This document shows, in pieces, positions 8,188-17,499 of a DNA stretch of 39,924 nt (its first letter is position 1; every line of letters starts with the position of its first letter). A program made the translations under genes and the position numbers. The stretch is from a virus. The notes beneath the pieces are model-generated. The model made no database searches. It was not told where the DNA came from and saw nothing but the letters and a program-made list of their open reading frames with translations. The DNA lies in the IMG/VR virus record IMGVR_UViG_3300044564_000006, positions 1 to 39,924 of that record. One strand, written 5' to 3'.

Positions 8188-8809
8188 AAAGAGGTCAACC
8201 GTGTTCGCGCCAACGGATGGCGTCTTGTCCATCCTGCGCAGGGGCGTGGCATGGCAGGCCCGCGGGGCCGACTGGTCGAGCCCGACCGCATACGACGCCA
8301 TTGCGACCGTCCCGTTCGCGAGCTCGCAGCTCAGGTACGCGGACGCCGCGCTGCTCGCAACGGGAGACTCGGACATATCGCGCAAGGTGCGGGCGCAGCT
8401 TCCCGCTGGCGTGACCACCTCGGACTACGTGGGCATAGATGGCGTCGTGTACGACATCACGAAGCTTGACGAGTCGGGGCGACTCTCGTGGCTCTACCTC
8501 TCAGAGGTGGCAAGCGACGGCACCGCATGGATGGTGTCGAGCAGGGTCACGTACGACGAACTCGGCGTGGCATCTGGCGAGCGGGCATACGCCGAGTGCT
8601 CCTACCGCCTCGGCAAGCTCTCCAACGCCGTGGCCGACTCCATGCGACCGAGCATGACCATATCCGTCCGCTCAATAGACTACGGCGGCGAGCGCGAGGT
8701 GGCCGTCGGCTCCAAGGACAACAGGTTCGCCGTCAAGTCCGTATCGACCGATGGCGAGTGGGCCACGCTGGAGCTCCAGCAGGGGGAGGTGCAGAGGGTT
8801 GGCGGGTAG
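8177..8809 (+). CDS. Head-closure / head-tail adaptor-like protein; appears to be an internally duplicated domain.
   Basis: Two halves each resemble the SPP1 gp16-type pattern (..DYVGIDGVVYDITKLDESGR.. and ..DNRFAVKSVSTDGEWATLEL..). Confidence 0.45.
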   Translation: MALKKRSTVFAPTDGVLSILRRGVAWQARGADWSSPTAYDAIATVPFASSQLRYADAALLATGDSDISRKVRAQLPAGVTTSDYVGIDGVVYDITKLDESGRLSWLYLSEVASDGTAWMVSSRVTYDELGVASGERAYAECSYRLGKLSNAVADSMRPSMTISVRSIDYGGEREVAVGSKDNRFAVKSVSTDGEWATLELQQGEVQRVGG

Positions 8810-9185
8810 CGTAACGACCTCAATCGACGGTTTCCTCGACACGCTGACGGAGATGTGCAGGGAGACGTACGAGGAGGACGTGCAGGCACTGCGCAAGAAC
8901 GTCCAGAGGGCTGGCAGAAAGACCGTCAACGAGCTGCACGCGACCAGCCCGCGCAGGAAGATGGGCAGGTACGCCAAGGGCTGGCGCTCTAGGACCGAGG
9001 TTGATTCCGACGACCACATCTCCTGCACCGTATACAACGCCACCGACTACCAGCTCACGCACCTTCTTGAGAAGGGCCACGAGCAGTTCTACATGGGGCA
9101 TGACACGGGCCACAGGTTCGCTGGCAAGAGGCACATCGAGCCAGCGTACGAGTCTGGCAAGCAGATACTGCTTGGCGGTGAGTGA
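8799..9185 (+). CDS. HK97 gp10-like tail-completion protein.
   Basis: TTG 8799 lies after GGGGGAGG and overlaps the upstream stop. The motif is ..RKNVQRAGRKTVNELHATSPRRKMGRYAKGW... Confidence 0.55.
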   Translation: MAGSVTTSIDGFLDTLTEMCRETYEEDVQALRKNVQRAGRKTVNELHATSPRRKMGRYAKGWRSRTEVDSDDHISCTVYNATDYQLTHLLEKGHEQFYMGHDTGHRFAGKRHIEPAYESGKQILLGGE

Positions 9186-9523
9186 CCATGGGCACCATAC
9201 GCGAGCTGTGCCAGTGCGTCCGCTTGGCTGGACTTCCGTTCGCCCAGGTTTCGTGGGACGCGACCGACAGCGGTAGCCCTCCCGACCTCCCGTACGCGCT
9301 GGTAGTGCCGACCGACTCCTACGACATAGTGGCCGACGGCACCAACTACGTGCGCCGCACGTCGTATGACGTGGAGCTGTACACGCGCGGGCGCGACTTC
9401 CAAACCGAGTCGAAGCTGGAATCTCAGCTCTCCGCCGCTGGCTTCACCTACGAGCGCCGCAACGTCCCACTCGGGAGCGGCGTGCTGGAGACCGTCTACA
9501 CGGTCATCACCTGCGGCGTCTAG
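9182..9523 (+). CDS. Tail terminator / tail-completion-like protein.
   Basis: Start is GTG 9182 or ATG 9188, overlapping TGA 9183-9185; synteny supports the call. Confidence 0.45.
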   Translation: MTMGTIRELCQCVRLAGLPFAQVSWDATDSGSPPDLPYALVVPTDSYDIVADGTNYVRRTSYDVELYTRGRDFQTESKLESQLSAAGFTYERRNVPLGSGVLETVYTVITCGV

Positions 9524-9537
9524 CGCGCCGCTTTTTT
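9513..9537 (+). terminator. Hairpin GCGGCG-7nt-CGCCGC plus T6, overlapping the stop codon. Possible attenuator ahead of the major tail gene.
   Basis: Read directly. Confidence 0.5.
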
Positions 9538-9567
9538 CATCTCTAAAAACCGAATGGAAGGACAGAA

Positions 9568-10173
9568 ATGGCAGACCCCGCATCCACCACCATCACCCCG
9601 TCGAAGGTGCGCTTTGGCATCTCCAAGCTCTACTTCGCCAAGATGAACGCAGACGGAACCTTCGAGAAGCCCTGGCCCTGCCCTGGTGCCGAGTCCGTAG
9701 ACCTCTCTTCTGGCTCTGGCGACAAGCAGATTATCAACGCCGACAACAAGATTTACTACTCCAAGGCGTCCGCTGGCTCCAAGCAGCTTGACATCACCGT
9801 TGCCCGATTCCCGCGCGACTACTACACGAAGCTGCTCGGCCAGAAGATTGACGCCGAGACTGGCGGTCTCGTCGAGTCCCCCGACGACATCGGCGCGACG
9901 TTCGCTTGCATGTACGAGATTTCGGGCGACCAGGGCGGCTACCGCTCCTGCTTCCTCGGCTGCACCAGCTCCGTTCCGACCTACAGCGCCGCGACCAACA
10001 CAGAGAGCAGCATCTCCGAGGCCGCTGAGAAGGCCACGCTCTCCGCGTCCGCCGTCACCTGCAAGGACGGCAAGGAGCACACCGTGGTCACCTACGAGCC
10101 TGGTGACAAGGGTTACGACACCTTCTTTGATGCCGTCCCCCTCGCCACGGCCTCGGTCGAGGTCACGGGGTAA
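9568..10173 (+). CDS. Major tail protein, phi13-like.
   Basis: GGAAGGA RBS; 201 aa; precedes the chaperone and tape-measure genes. Confidence 0.8.
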   Translation: MADPASTTITPSKVRFGISKLYFAKMNADGTFEKPWPCPGAESVDLSSGSGDKQIINADNKIYYSKASAGSKQLDITVARFPRDYYTKLLGQKIDAETGGLVESPDDIGATFACMYEISGDQGGYRSCFLGCTSSVPTYSAATNTESSISEAAEKATLSASAVTCKDGKEHTVVTYEPGDKGYDTFFDAVPLATASVEVTG

Positions 10174-10254
10174 CGCACTCTCATTGGCGGCGCGCGGTCT
10201 GGCACGTCATGCGCTGGCCCCGCGCCGTCACATTTGCGCTCGATTGGAGGGGCG

Positions 10255-10743
10255 ATGGCTGACTCAGCGCTTGACAACTCCGCCGAGGTGGTAATCGGCG
10301 GGGAGATATACGAGATAGAGGCTTCAAACCTCGCGCAGGTGTTCTACAAGCGCGAGTTTCGCACCAAGTGCGAGCCCCCGTTCATCGGGAACCTCGTCAC
10401 GGACATGACAACCGACTACACGACATTCAACGCGGCGAGCGGGGTCGCCCCAGACTGGGAGGACTACAGGCACATCCTCGGCGGAATCTGGGCGATGGCA
10501 CGCGCCGCTGGCTCCGTGCGCGTCGGATTCGACAAATTCGAGCAGAGGGCGCTCAACTCCACGCTGGACATGATTGAGCCGCAGGCGGCGGCGTCGGTGA
10601 TTTTCAACGACCTGGCACCCCGCACCTTTTTTCGCCGAGTCATCGGAGGAGCGGACGGTGCTGGAGCACCCGACCAGCACGACGGAGCCGACGCCGAACG
10701 TGCCGCCGACACGGGAGGAGGCGCAGTGGCCGACCACGCGTAA
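10255..10743 (+). CDS. Tail assembly chaperone, gpG-like.
   Basis: GGAGGGG RBS before ATG 10255; lies immediately upstream of the tape measure. Confidence 0.7.
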   Translation: MADSALDNSAEVVIGGEIYEIEASNLAQVFYKREFRTKCEPPFIGNLVTDMTTDYTTFNAASGVAPDWEDYRHILGGIWAMARAAGSVRVGFDKFEQRALNSTLDMIEPQAAASVIFNDLAPRTFFRRVIGGADGAGAPDQHDGADAERAADTGGGAVADHA

Positions 10744-10912
10744 GGTCGGCGCGCTCGTGTCCCTCGGCATCGACTACTCCACGGCGTGGCACATGTCTCC
10801 GATATCGACCACGCGCTACCTGATGCTGGCGGCGGCGCAGAGAATCCCGCCCGACAAGCGCGTGCGATGGGCCACCAAGGCGGACGCGCACGCTGCAATG
10901 CTCAACTTCTAG
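10601..10912 (+). CDS. Frameshift extension of the tail chaperone (gpT-like part). It lies in the +1/-2 frame relative to G and is reached through T6 at 10627-10632.
   Basis: The frame is open from 10601. Its product ...WPTTRKVGALVSLGIDYSTAWHMSPISTTRYLMLAAAQRI... is protein-like, whereas the tail of the G frame is low-complexity. Confidence 0.6.
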   Translation, partial: FSTTWHPAPFFAESSEERTVLEHPTSTTEPTPNVPPTREEAQWPTTRKVGALVSLGIDYSTAWHMSPISTTRYLMLAAAQRIPPDKRVRWATKADAHAAMLNF

Positions 10913-10952
10913 CACCTTCTGCACCTTCACAGCACAATATCTTGGGGGACGT

Positions 10953-13900
10953 ATGGCAAGCGAATACAAGGGCTTGTATGTCAAGTTCGAGGGCGATTCC
11001 ACGTCCCTCTCCAAGGCCCTCGCGGAGGTCAACCAGTCCGCGAGGAAGGCCAACAGCACGCTGAAGCAGCTCAACGCCGCGTCGAAGATTGACGGGCGCG
11101 GGCCCAAGCTGCTGGCAGACTCCGTGCGCGCGGCTGGCGACAAGGCGCAGGCCGCGGCGAAGAAGTTCGATTTGCTCAGGCAGGCCGAGGGCGAGCTTAA
11201 GAACCTCAGCGAGGGCGCTAAGGCCAAGATGGACGAGCTCGCGCGGGCGGGCCAGAAGGACTCCGAGGCTTACAGGCAGGCCGAGGCGGACGCCAAGAAG
11301 TACGCCCAGCAGCTGCAGGACATCTCGACCAAGGCGGACGTCGCCGAAGCGCACCTCAAGGCCGCGCAGAAGGTGCTGTGGGACTTCGAGCGCTCAGGCA
11401 CGGGGCTCGACAAGGTGTCCAAGGGGCTTGACAGCTGGTCGAAGAAGTCCAAGGACGTGGCGCAGAAGGTCGGCGATGCGGGCCAGTCGCTCACGATGGG
11501 ACTCACCCTGCCGATAATCGCGGGGGCCACCGCGAGCGTCAAGGCCGCGACCGACATCGACACCAGCCTGACCAACGTCCGCAAGACCACGGACATGACC
11601 GAGGAGGGCTACCAGAAGCTGAAGGAAGGCGCTATTGAGCTTTCCAAGACGCAACCCGTTCCCGCCACCACCATCCTCGACATGGAGGCGCTGGGCGCGC
11701 AGCTTGGATGGAGCAACGACAAGCTGCAGTCGTTCGCGCAGACCGTCTCGGGACTCGACATAGCGACCGACATGGACGCGGAGACCGCTGCGACCAACCT
11801 CGCGCAGTTCGCCAACATCACGGGGATGGCTCAGGACAAGGCATCCAATTACGCGTCTGCAATCGTCGGACTTGGCAACAACATGGCGACCACGGAATCC
11901 AAGATTTCCGACATGGCACAAAATATGGCTTCCGCTGGCACACAGGCTGGCATGTCACAGGCGGACATCCTAGGCTTGGCGGCAGCTTCCGCATCGCTCG
12001 GCGTGGAGGCCGCTGCTGGCGGCACGGCTTTCTCGAAGACCGTAATCGAAATCGGCAACGAGGTGTCAACGAATGGCAAGCACCTCAAGGAGTGGACGGA
12101 TCTCGCGGGGATGAGCGCGGACGCGTTCAAGAGCGCGTGGAAGTCGGACGCCACTGGCACCTTCGAGAAGGTCATCCAGGGCATGAGCAGCGCCAAGGCC
12201 CAGGGCAAGGACCTCAACGTAATCCTCGCGGACTTGGGCATCACCGAGACGCGCCAGAGCGACTTCCTCCGCCGTCTCGCGGGCAACACGGACCTCGTGA
12301 CCAAGGCCGTTTCCCTCTCGAATGACGAGTGGAATAAGAACACGGCGTTGCAGAACGAGGTTGACAACCGAAACAACTCGGTCGCTTCGAAGATGCAGGT
12401 GCTGCAGAACCGCGTCACCGCAGTCGCGGCGGAGGTCGGCGGGCCGCTCATCGACGCGGCAACCGAGGCGCTCACGGCGGCGGAACCGCTGTTCGAGGCC
12501 ATCGAGAGCGGGGCCAAGTCCTTCACCGAGATGTCGCGCGGCGAGCAGCTCGCGATAATCAAGGCCGTGGGGTTCGCTGCGGCACTCGGGCCGATACTCA
12601 CGGTTACGAGCAAGCTGATTACCGTGAGCGGCGGGCTCGCGAAGGTCGGCTCTGCGGCTGCGAGCTTCATGAACAGCTACAGCGTCGCGGCAAAGACCGC
12701 CTCCGCGACCACCCTTGAGGCCGCGAAGTCCGTTGGCGGGCTTGGCGGCAAGCTCGGCGCACTCGCGAACCCGGCCACCCGCGCCGCAGAGGGCACGTCC
12801 AAGTTGACAAAGGCGGCGTCCCTCGCGGTCGATGTGGCGAGCAAGCTTGCGAGCATGGCCGTGACCCTCGGAATCGCGCTCGCGGCCACAGCGGTCGCGG
12901 AGCAGGGGGCCATCGCAATCATGAAGCTGGCGGACGGGTACGACGACGCCGCGAAGAAGGCCGAGCAGTCCACCGAGGCATGCCAGAAGTGGGCAGACCA
13001 GCAGTCGCAGGTGACCGCTGCCACCGTGGACGCCAACGCGGCCATGTCCGCGAGCGGGCAGAGCGCATCGACGCTGCAGCAGGGCGTCTCGGACGCGATG
13101 GCCACGATCACGAGCACAATCGAGAGCAACACGAGCCAGTGGGGCGGCTTGACCGCGCAGGGCATCCAGGACATCAAGGATGCGCTGGACAAGCTCAACC
13201 AGGCCCAGGGCGAGACGGCCAGCGCCTACGGCAACGCCATCGCGGCGGCAACGCAGAAGTTCGACCACCTTGACTCTTCGAACGTGACTCAGTACGTCAA
13301 GGACGTGCAGGGCGCGTTCGACCAGGGCAAGCAGCAGCTGGATAGCACATTGCAACAACAACTGCAAGCAATCGAGGCATACCACCAGCAGGTCGGCGAC
13401 GTTGGCAGCGATGCATACAACAATGACGTAAACGCCGCGAAGGATTCTTACAACAAGGCACTTGCCCAGCTCGACGATTACAAGAGCCAGGCACTGCAGA
13501 AGACCAGCAGCCTGTACGGCGACCTCGACAAGACGAGCGCCGAGGGGTGGCAGAAGCTCGACGAGCAGACCGCCAACGTCAAGACCATCGCGCAGAAGTG
13601 GCTGAACAACTCGGAGACGGGGAGCGGCGCGGCAATCCAGAAGACCAAGGATGACTTCGAGAAGCTGCGCAGCACGATTGACCAGGGCGCGACTGGCGCA
13701 TGGATGGCAGCTCAGGCCGCCACGGTCGCGGCGGGTGGCAAGCTCAGCACTTCGAGCCGCCAGACCGTCATGGACATCATCAACACGTTCGATGACCTGC
13801 CAGACTCCCTGCAGGACGAGGGCACCGAGTCCATGCGCGCGCTCGCGAGCGCGGTGGAGGCCAGCGGCGTTGACCTCGGGGACGTCGGCAGCATGTCCGC

Positions 13901-14750
13901 GCAGCAGCTGGTGGACAAGATGCGTGATGTGTTCGGCAAGATTCCAGACGCCGCCGACACACCGATTGACCAGGTGATATCCAAGGTCAACGAGTTGGAC
14001 GGCATCAAGCTCGACCCTAAGCTCTTCAAGGTCGATGACCAGGGGACGATTACCGACGAGAATGGCCGGGTCTGGGACTTCAACAAGCAAACGATTAACG
14101 GCAAGCACTATCAGGTAAACGACGATGGCACCATCACGATCCAGGGGACCAACGTCAAGAACCTCGACGCGCTGAAGGTCGCCACAAAGGGATTCGTTGT
14201 CACGGACGGCGGGACGGCCAACCAGTCCAAGGGCAACGTGCGCGGGCTGCAGGGGCAGCTTGAGTCAACCACGCAGCGGAGGTGGCAGACCTCCGTGAGC
14301 GCCAACACGCAGAGCGCGCGCGACTCGGTGTCCAGCCTATGGAACTCGCTGTCGTCACTCGTCAGCCACGCATGGACCGCCGTGGTGTCGGTGGTGGGCG
14401 GCAAGGCCACGGGTGGCGTGTGGGCGGCGCATGAGCAGCCCAGGCTGCACGCGGAGGGCTACATCGCCGACCGCGCCACGTGGCTGGACTCCACCCACCG
14501 CGACATAGTGGGCGAGGCTGGCGCAGAGGCCGTGATTCCCCTCACCAACCGCGCGTACACCAAGCCATTCGCCGCGACCGTCGCCAGCGAGGTGGTTGGG
14601 ATGCTGCAGCGTGGTGGTGCCGTGTCGGGCGGCGCTCCCACTTACGTTATCAACGTCGATGGCGCGACGCTCAACGACGATACCCGCATGCGCGAGGTGT
14701 CAATCGACTTCATGACTGAGCTGATGAGGAGGGCGGACATGTATGCCTAG
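10953..14750 (+). CDS. Tape measure protein.
   Basis: 1265 aa, Ala/Gln-rich and helical, with hydrophobic central segments; position fits. Confidence 0.92.
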   Translation: MASEYKGLYVKFEGDSTSLSKALAEVNQSARKANSTLKQLNAASKIDGRGPKLLADSVRAAGDKAQAAAKKFDLLRQAEGELKNLSEGAKAKMDELARAGQKDSEAYRQAEADAKKYAQQLQDISTKADVAEAHLKAAQKVLWDFERSGTGLDKVSKGLDSWSKKSKDVAQKVGDAGQSLTMGLTLPIIAGATASVKAATDIDTSLTNVRKTTDMTEEGYQKLKEGAIELSKTQPVPATTILDMEALGAQLGWSNDKLQSFAQTVSGLDIATDMDAETAATNLAQFANITGMAQDKASNYASAIVGLGNNMATTESKISDMAQNMASAGTQAGMSQADILGLAAASASLGVEAAAGGTAFSKTVIEIGNEVSTNGKHLKEWTDLAGMSADAFKSAWKSDATGTFEKVIQGMSSAKAQGKDLNVILADLGITETRQSDFLRRLAGNTDLVTKAVSLSNDEWNKNTALQNEVDNRNNSVASKMQVLQNRVTAVAAEVGGPLIDAATEALTAAEPLFEAIESGAKSFTEMSRGEQLAIIKAVGFAAALGPILTVTSKLITVSGGLAKVGSAAASFMNSYSVAAKTASATTLEAAKSVGGLGGKLGALANPATRAAEGTSKLTKAASLAVDVASKLASMAVTLGIALAATAVAEQGAIAIMKLADGYDDAAKKAEQSTEACQKWADQQSQVTAATVDANAAMSASGQSASTLQQGVSDAMATITSTIESNTSQWGGLTAQGIQDIKDALDKLNQAQGETASAYGNAIAAATQKFDHLDSSNVTQYVKDVQGAFDQGKQQLDSTLQQQLQAIEAYHQQVGDVGSDAYNNDVNAAKDSYNKALAQLDDYKSQALQKTSSLYGDLDKTSAEGWQKLDEQTANVKTIAQKWLNNSETGSGAAIQKTKDDFEKLRSTIDQGATGAWMAAQAATVAAGGKLSTSSRQTVMDIINTFDDLPDSLQDEGTESMRALASAVEASGVDLGDVGSMSAQQLVDKMRDVFGKIPDAADTPIDQVISKVNELDGIKLDPKLFKVDDQGTITDENGRVWDFNKQTINGKHYQVNDDGTITIQGTNVKNLDALKVATKGFVVTDGGTANQSKGNVRGLQGQLESTTQRRWQTSVSANTQSARDSVSSLWNSLSSLVSHAWTAVVSVVGGKATGGVWAAHEQPRLHAEGYIADRATWLDSTHRDIVGEAGAEAVIPLTNRAYTKPFAATVASEVVGMLQRGGAVSGGAPTYVINVDGATLNDDTRMREVSIDFMTELMRRADMYA

Positions 14751-17499
14751 CGAACTTCTCGGCACGCGCTACCTCGTGTCCATGTATCGCGGCGCTAGTG
14801 GCACGTGGAAGTGGGGCAGCCAGCCCGTCTACCGCGCCTACAACCCCAACAGCGGGCTGCACTTCTTCACGACCAACGCGGCTGAGTACCACATGCTGGG
14901 CCGCGCTGGTTGGAGGTGCGAGGGCGTGGCGTTCCGTCTCACTGGCAGCGGGACGGTGAGCGTGTACCGCGTGTACAACCCCAACAGCGGGCAGCACCTG
15001 TTCACGCTCAGCAGCGCGGAGCGCGACTCTCTGGTAAAGCTGGGGTGGCGCAGCGAGGGAATCGCCTGGAAGGCGGACGATAGCGGGAACCTCCCCGTGT
15101 ACCGCCTGTACAACAAGAACTCGGGCGAGCACTTCTATACGGCCAGTGCCTTCGAGTACGCTGCCCTCGGCAAGGCGGGGTGGTCGCAGGAGGGCGTCGC
15201 ATGGTACTCCTACGCCATGATGTGCCTTGACACTGCGGCTGACTCCCAGGCCGATGGCGTCAACGTACAGATTGGGCAGCTGGACTTCTCCGCATCACAG
15301 GCATGGCAGGTCTACAGGCAGACTGACGGCACCTACAAGCTGGTCAACCGCCAGACGGGCAAGTGCCTAGACCTCCAAGGCGGAACCCTCGCGGACGGGC
15401 AGAACGTGCAGCAGTGGACGGACAACGGCTCACGCGCCCAGTCGTGGGTAAGCCAGGCCGTGGGCACCACCGCGTCGATACTCGGCGGAACGGTCGATGT
15501 GGTGCGGCTGCTGCCGTCCGGCAGTTCCACCCTCGCGCTCAGCACGGCGCAGAACGTCGTGGGCGGGAACGCGCAGGTCAAGACGCTATCCACCTCCGAC
15601 CTCTCGCAGCAGTGGGCGTTGATAGACGCCTCTGACGCCATCGTGGATGGCAGCTTCGAGATTCGCCTGAAGGCGGACACCAGATATGCGCTCGACGTTG
15701 TGTCAGGAAGCAAGGCAAACGGCGCGAACGTGCAAATATACTCGGCGAACGGAACGAACGCCCAGAAGTGGTGGCTCAATCGCGGCGCTGACGGATACAT
15801 GCTTGTCAACGTGGAGACGGGCAAGTATGCCGACGTGAGCGGGGGAACGTTCAGGGACGGCCAGAACGTCCACCAGTGGTCTAACAACTCCGCCCGCAAC
15901 CAGAGCTGGAAGCTGGAGCTGAACGGGCAGACCACGGTAAACGGAAGGCCGTGCGCGGTCGTTTCCATCGGCGCTGGCAACTCGTTCGACTACAGGCTCG
16001 CCGCCACGTCCACGGGCAACTCCGCGAACGTGTACATAACCAACCAGCCGTTGGACGACGACCAGCTTTGGGTGCTGTACCCCTGCGACGGCTCCGACCC
16101 GACCCTGCCCGTGCCGTCCAACATATCGCTCGCGGACTCCGTTGGCGGCACAGAGACGGGTGTGCGCTCCTACGCGGACAGGCACTATCCGACGTGGACG
16201 TGTCCAGACGCGTGGCTTGCTGGTGACAACCACTACCAGTGGCGTTGGCGCAAGCGCGTATACACAACATCATGGGGTACATGGACCGACTGGGTGCAGT
16301 GGGCAGACGCCCCCGTTACCGTCAGGGATGACCGCGCGTGGGTCACTGACGGCGTTGACACCTCCTACGACAAGTCATACGCGCAGGGCTGTGAAATCGA
16401 GCTGCAAGTGCGAGTCGTGGGCCAGTCTGACTGGGGCATGGCGCACGGAGGCACTGCGGACGTTGTATGTCGCTGCGTGAGTGTCCCGAACGTCACGCTA
16501 TCGACGCTCGGCGTAGGGCCAGACGGGATAACGATTGACTACACGAGCGATTTGTCGTGGGGCACCCGCGTGTACGTCAAGTCGATTCGCAGCGGCTCAA
16601 AGGCCGTGGTCTCCGGCGAGAGGTCGTTCGGCCCGCTCGACTCGCACACCTCGCTCGTCATACCGCTCGACTCGGCGGAATACCTCCTGCGCGACGGCGA
16701 CGGCGTGCAAGTCGAGTACCAGGTTGGTTGCCCGATAGAGCCGAGGGTCGATACCGTCCATCGTGCGACGCTGACCGCGAGCTGGCAGACTGGCAGCGTG
16801 GACGTATCGCCGACCGTGACGGTCAACCAGGACAGGACCATCACCGTCCAGGTGCCGCACCTTGGCGATGAGACGCTGTGGGTTGACTTCGGTGACCATG
16901 CGGATGGAGCGATAGAGGTTACGCCGACAATCGCGGACGGTAAGACCACCTGGGAGCATGCGGTGGACTACCCCTTCCGCCGTGACTTCACGATCTACGT
17001 CAAGGCCGTAAGCAGCGACGGGGACAGCTGGGGCGTCGGCTACCGCTTCGTGTCAAAGATTGACGCCATCCTCATGCACTGGGCACCGTGCCATAAATTC
17101 ACTTGGTTCACGCAGGCGGCGGACGGGAGCTGGCACATCAACGTGTTCCTCGTAGAGATGGCCGAGGGCTCCAAGATCGTCACGAGCCGCACGGTCAACC
17201 CAGACGCAACCGAGTCGCAGATTGCGGGCCGCGAGAACCGCGCAGTGACGTACACGCGCACGGCGGGCGGGAATCCGACAAGGAAGGGCACGTACGAGGT
17301 GGACGGAGTTCTCATGAACTCAGTCTCCTACAGCGACCTCGACCAGCTCAAGGCGATGGCGGACCATGGATACGTCCATTACAGCGCGCCGAACGGGGAC
17401 TCTGCTGACGTGGCGATTACTGGCTATTCGTACGAGTCAACGAAGTACCTTTCGACGGTCAACATCAGCATGACGGAGGTCGGGACCGATGGCGATTGA
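14743..17499 (+). CDS. Dit-position tail protein carrying an N-terminal lectin array: three YNPNSG-HFFT..GW..EG repeats (DUF5648-like) plus two ricin-type beta-trefoils.
   Basis: Three ~45-aa repeats. Six QxW motifs (QAW, QSW, QQW; QKW, QSW, QLW). The C-terminal ~150 aa resembles the siphovirus distal-tail-protein family. Confidence 0.65.
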   Translation: MPSELLGTRYLVSMYRGASGTWKWGSQPVYRAYNPNSGLHFFTTNAAEYHMLGRAGWRCEGVAFRLTGSGTVSVYRVYNPNSGQHLFTLSSAERDSLVKLGWRSEGIAWKADDSGNLPVYRLYNKNSGEHFYTASAFEYAALGKAGWSQEGVAWYSYAMMCLDTAADSQADGVNVQIGQLDFSASQAWQVYRQTDGTYKLVNRQTGKCLDLQGGTLADGQNVQQWTDNGSRAQSWVSQAVGTTASILGGTVDVVRLLPSGSSTLALSTAQNVVGGNAQVKTLSTSDLSQQWALIDASDAIVDGSFEIRLKADTRYALDVVSGSKANGANVQIYSANGTNAQKWWLNRGADGYMLVNVETGKYADVSGGTFRDGQNVHQWSNNSARNQSWKLELNGQTTVNGRPCAVVSIGAGNSFDYRLAATSTGNSANVYITNQPLDDDQLWVLYPCDGSDPTLPVPSNISLADSVGGTETGVRSYADRHYPTWTCPDAWLAGDNHYQWRWRKRVYTTSWGTWTDWVQWADAPVTVRDDRAWVTDGVDTSYDKSYAQGCEIELQVRVVGQSDWGMAHGGTADVVCRCVSVPNVTLSTLGVGPDGITIDYTSDLSWGTRVYVKSIRSGSKAVVSGERSFGPLDSHTSLVIPLDSAEYLLRDGDGVQVEYQVGCPIEPRVDTVHRATLTASWQTGSVDVSPTVTVNQDRTITVQVPHLGDETLWVDFGDHADGAIEVTPTIADGKTTWEHAVDYPFRRDFTIYVKAVSSDGDSWGVGYRFVSKIDAILMHWAPCHKFTWFTQAADGSWHINVFLVEMAEGSKIVTSRTVNPDATESQIAGRENRAVTYTRTAGGNPTRKGTYEVDGVLMNSVSYSDLDQLKAMADHGYVHYSAPNGDSADVAITGYSYESTKYLSTVNISMTEVGTDGD

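Noticed and set aside
12066-14108. 680-aa ORF on the minus strand inside the tape-measure gene.
   Set aside because: It is an antisense shadow ORF typical of high-GC DNA. The product is Arg/Leu/Gly-rich composition noise with no RBS, and the + strand gene is unambiguous.
14716-14760. CUGAUGAG...CGAA, considered as a hammerhead ribozyme core at the tape-measure/Dit junction.
   Set aside because: No complementary stems I-III can be drawn around it. The region is explained by the coding sequence and the RBS.
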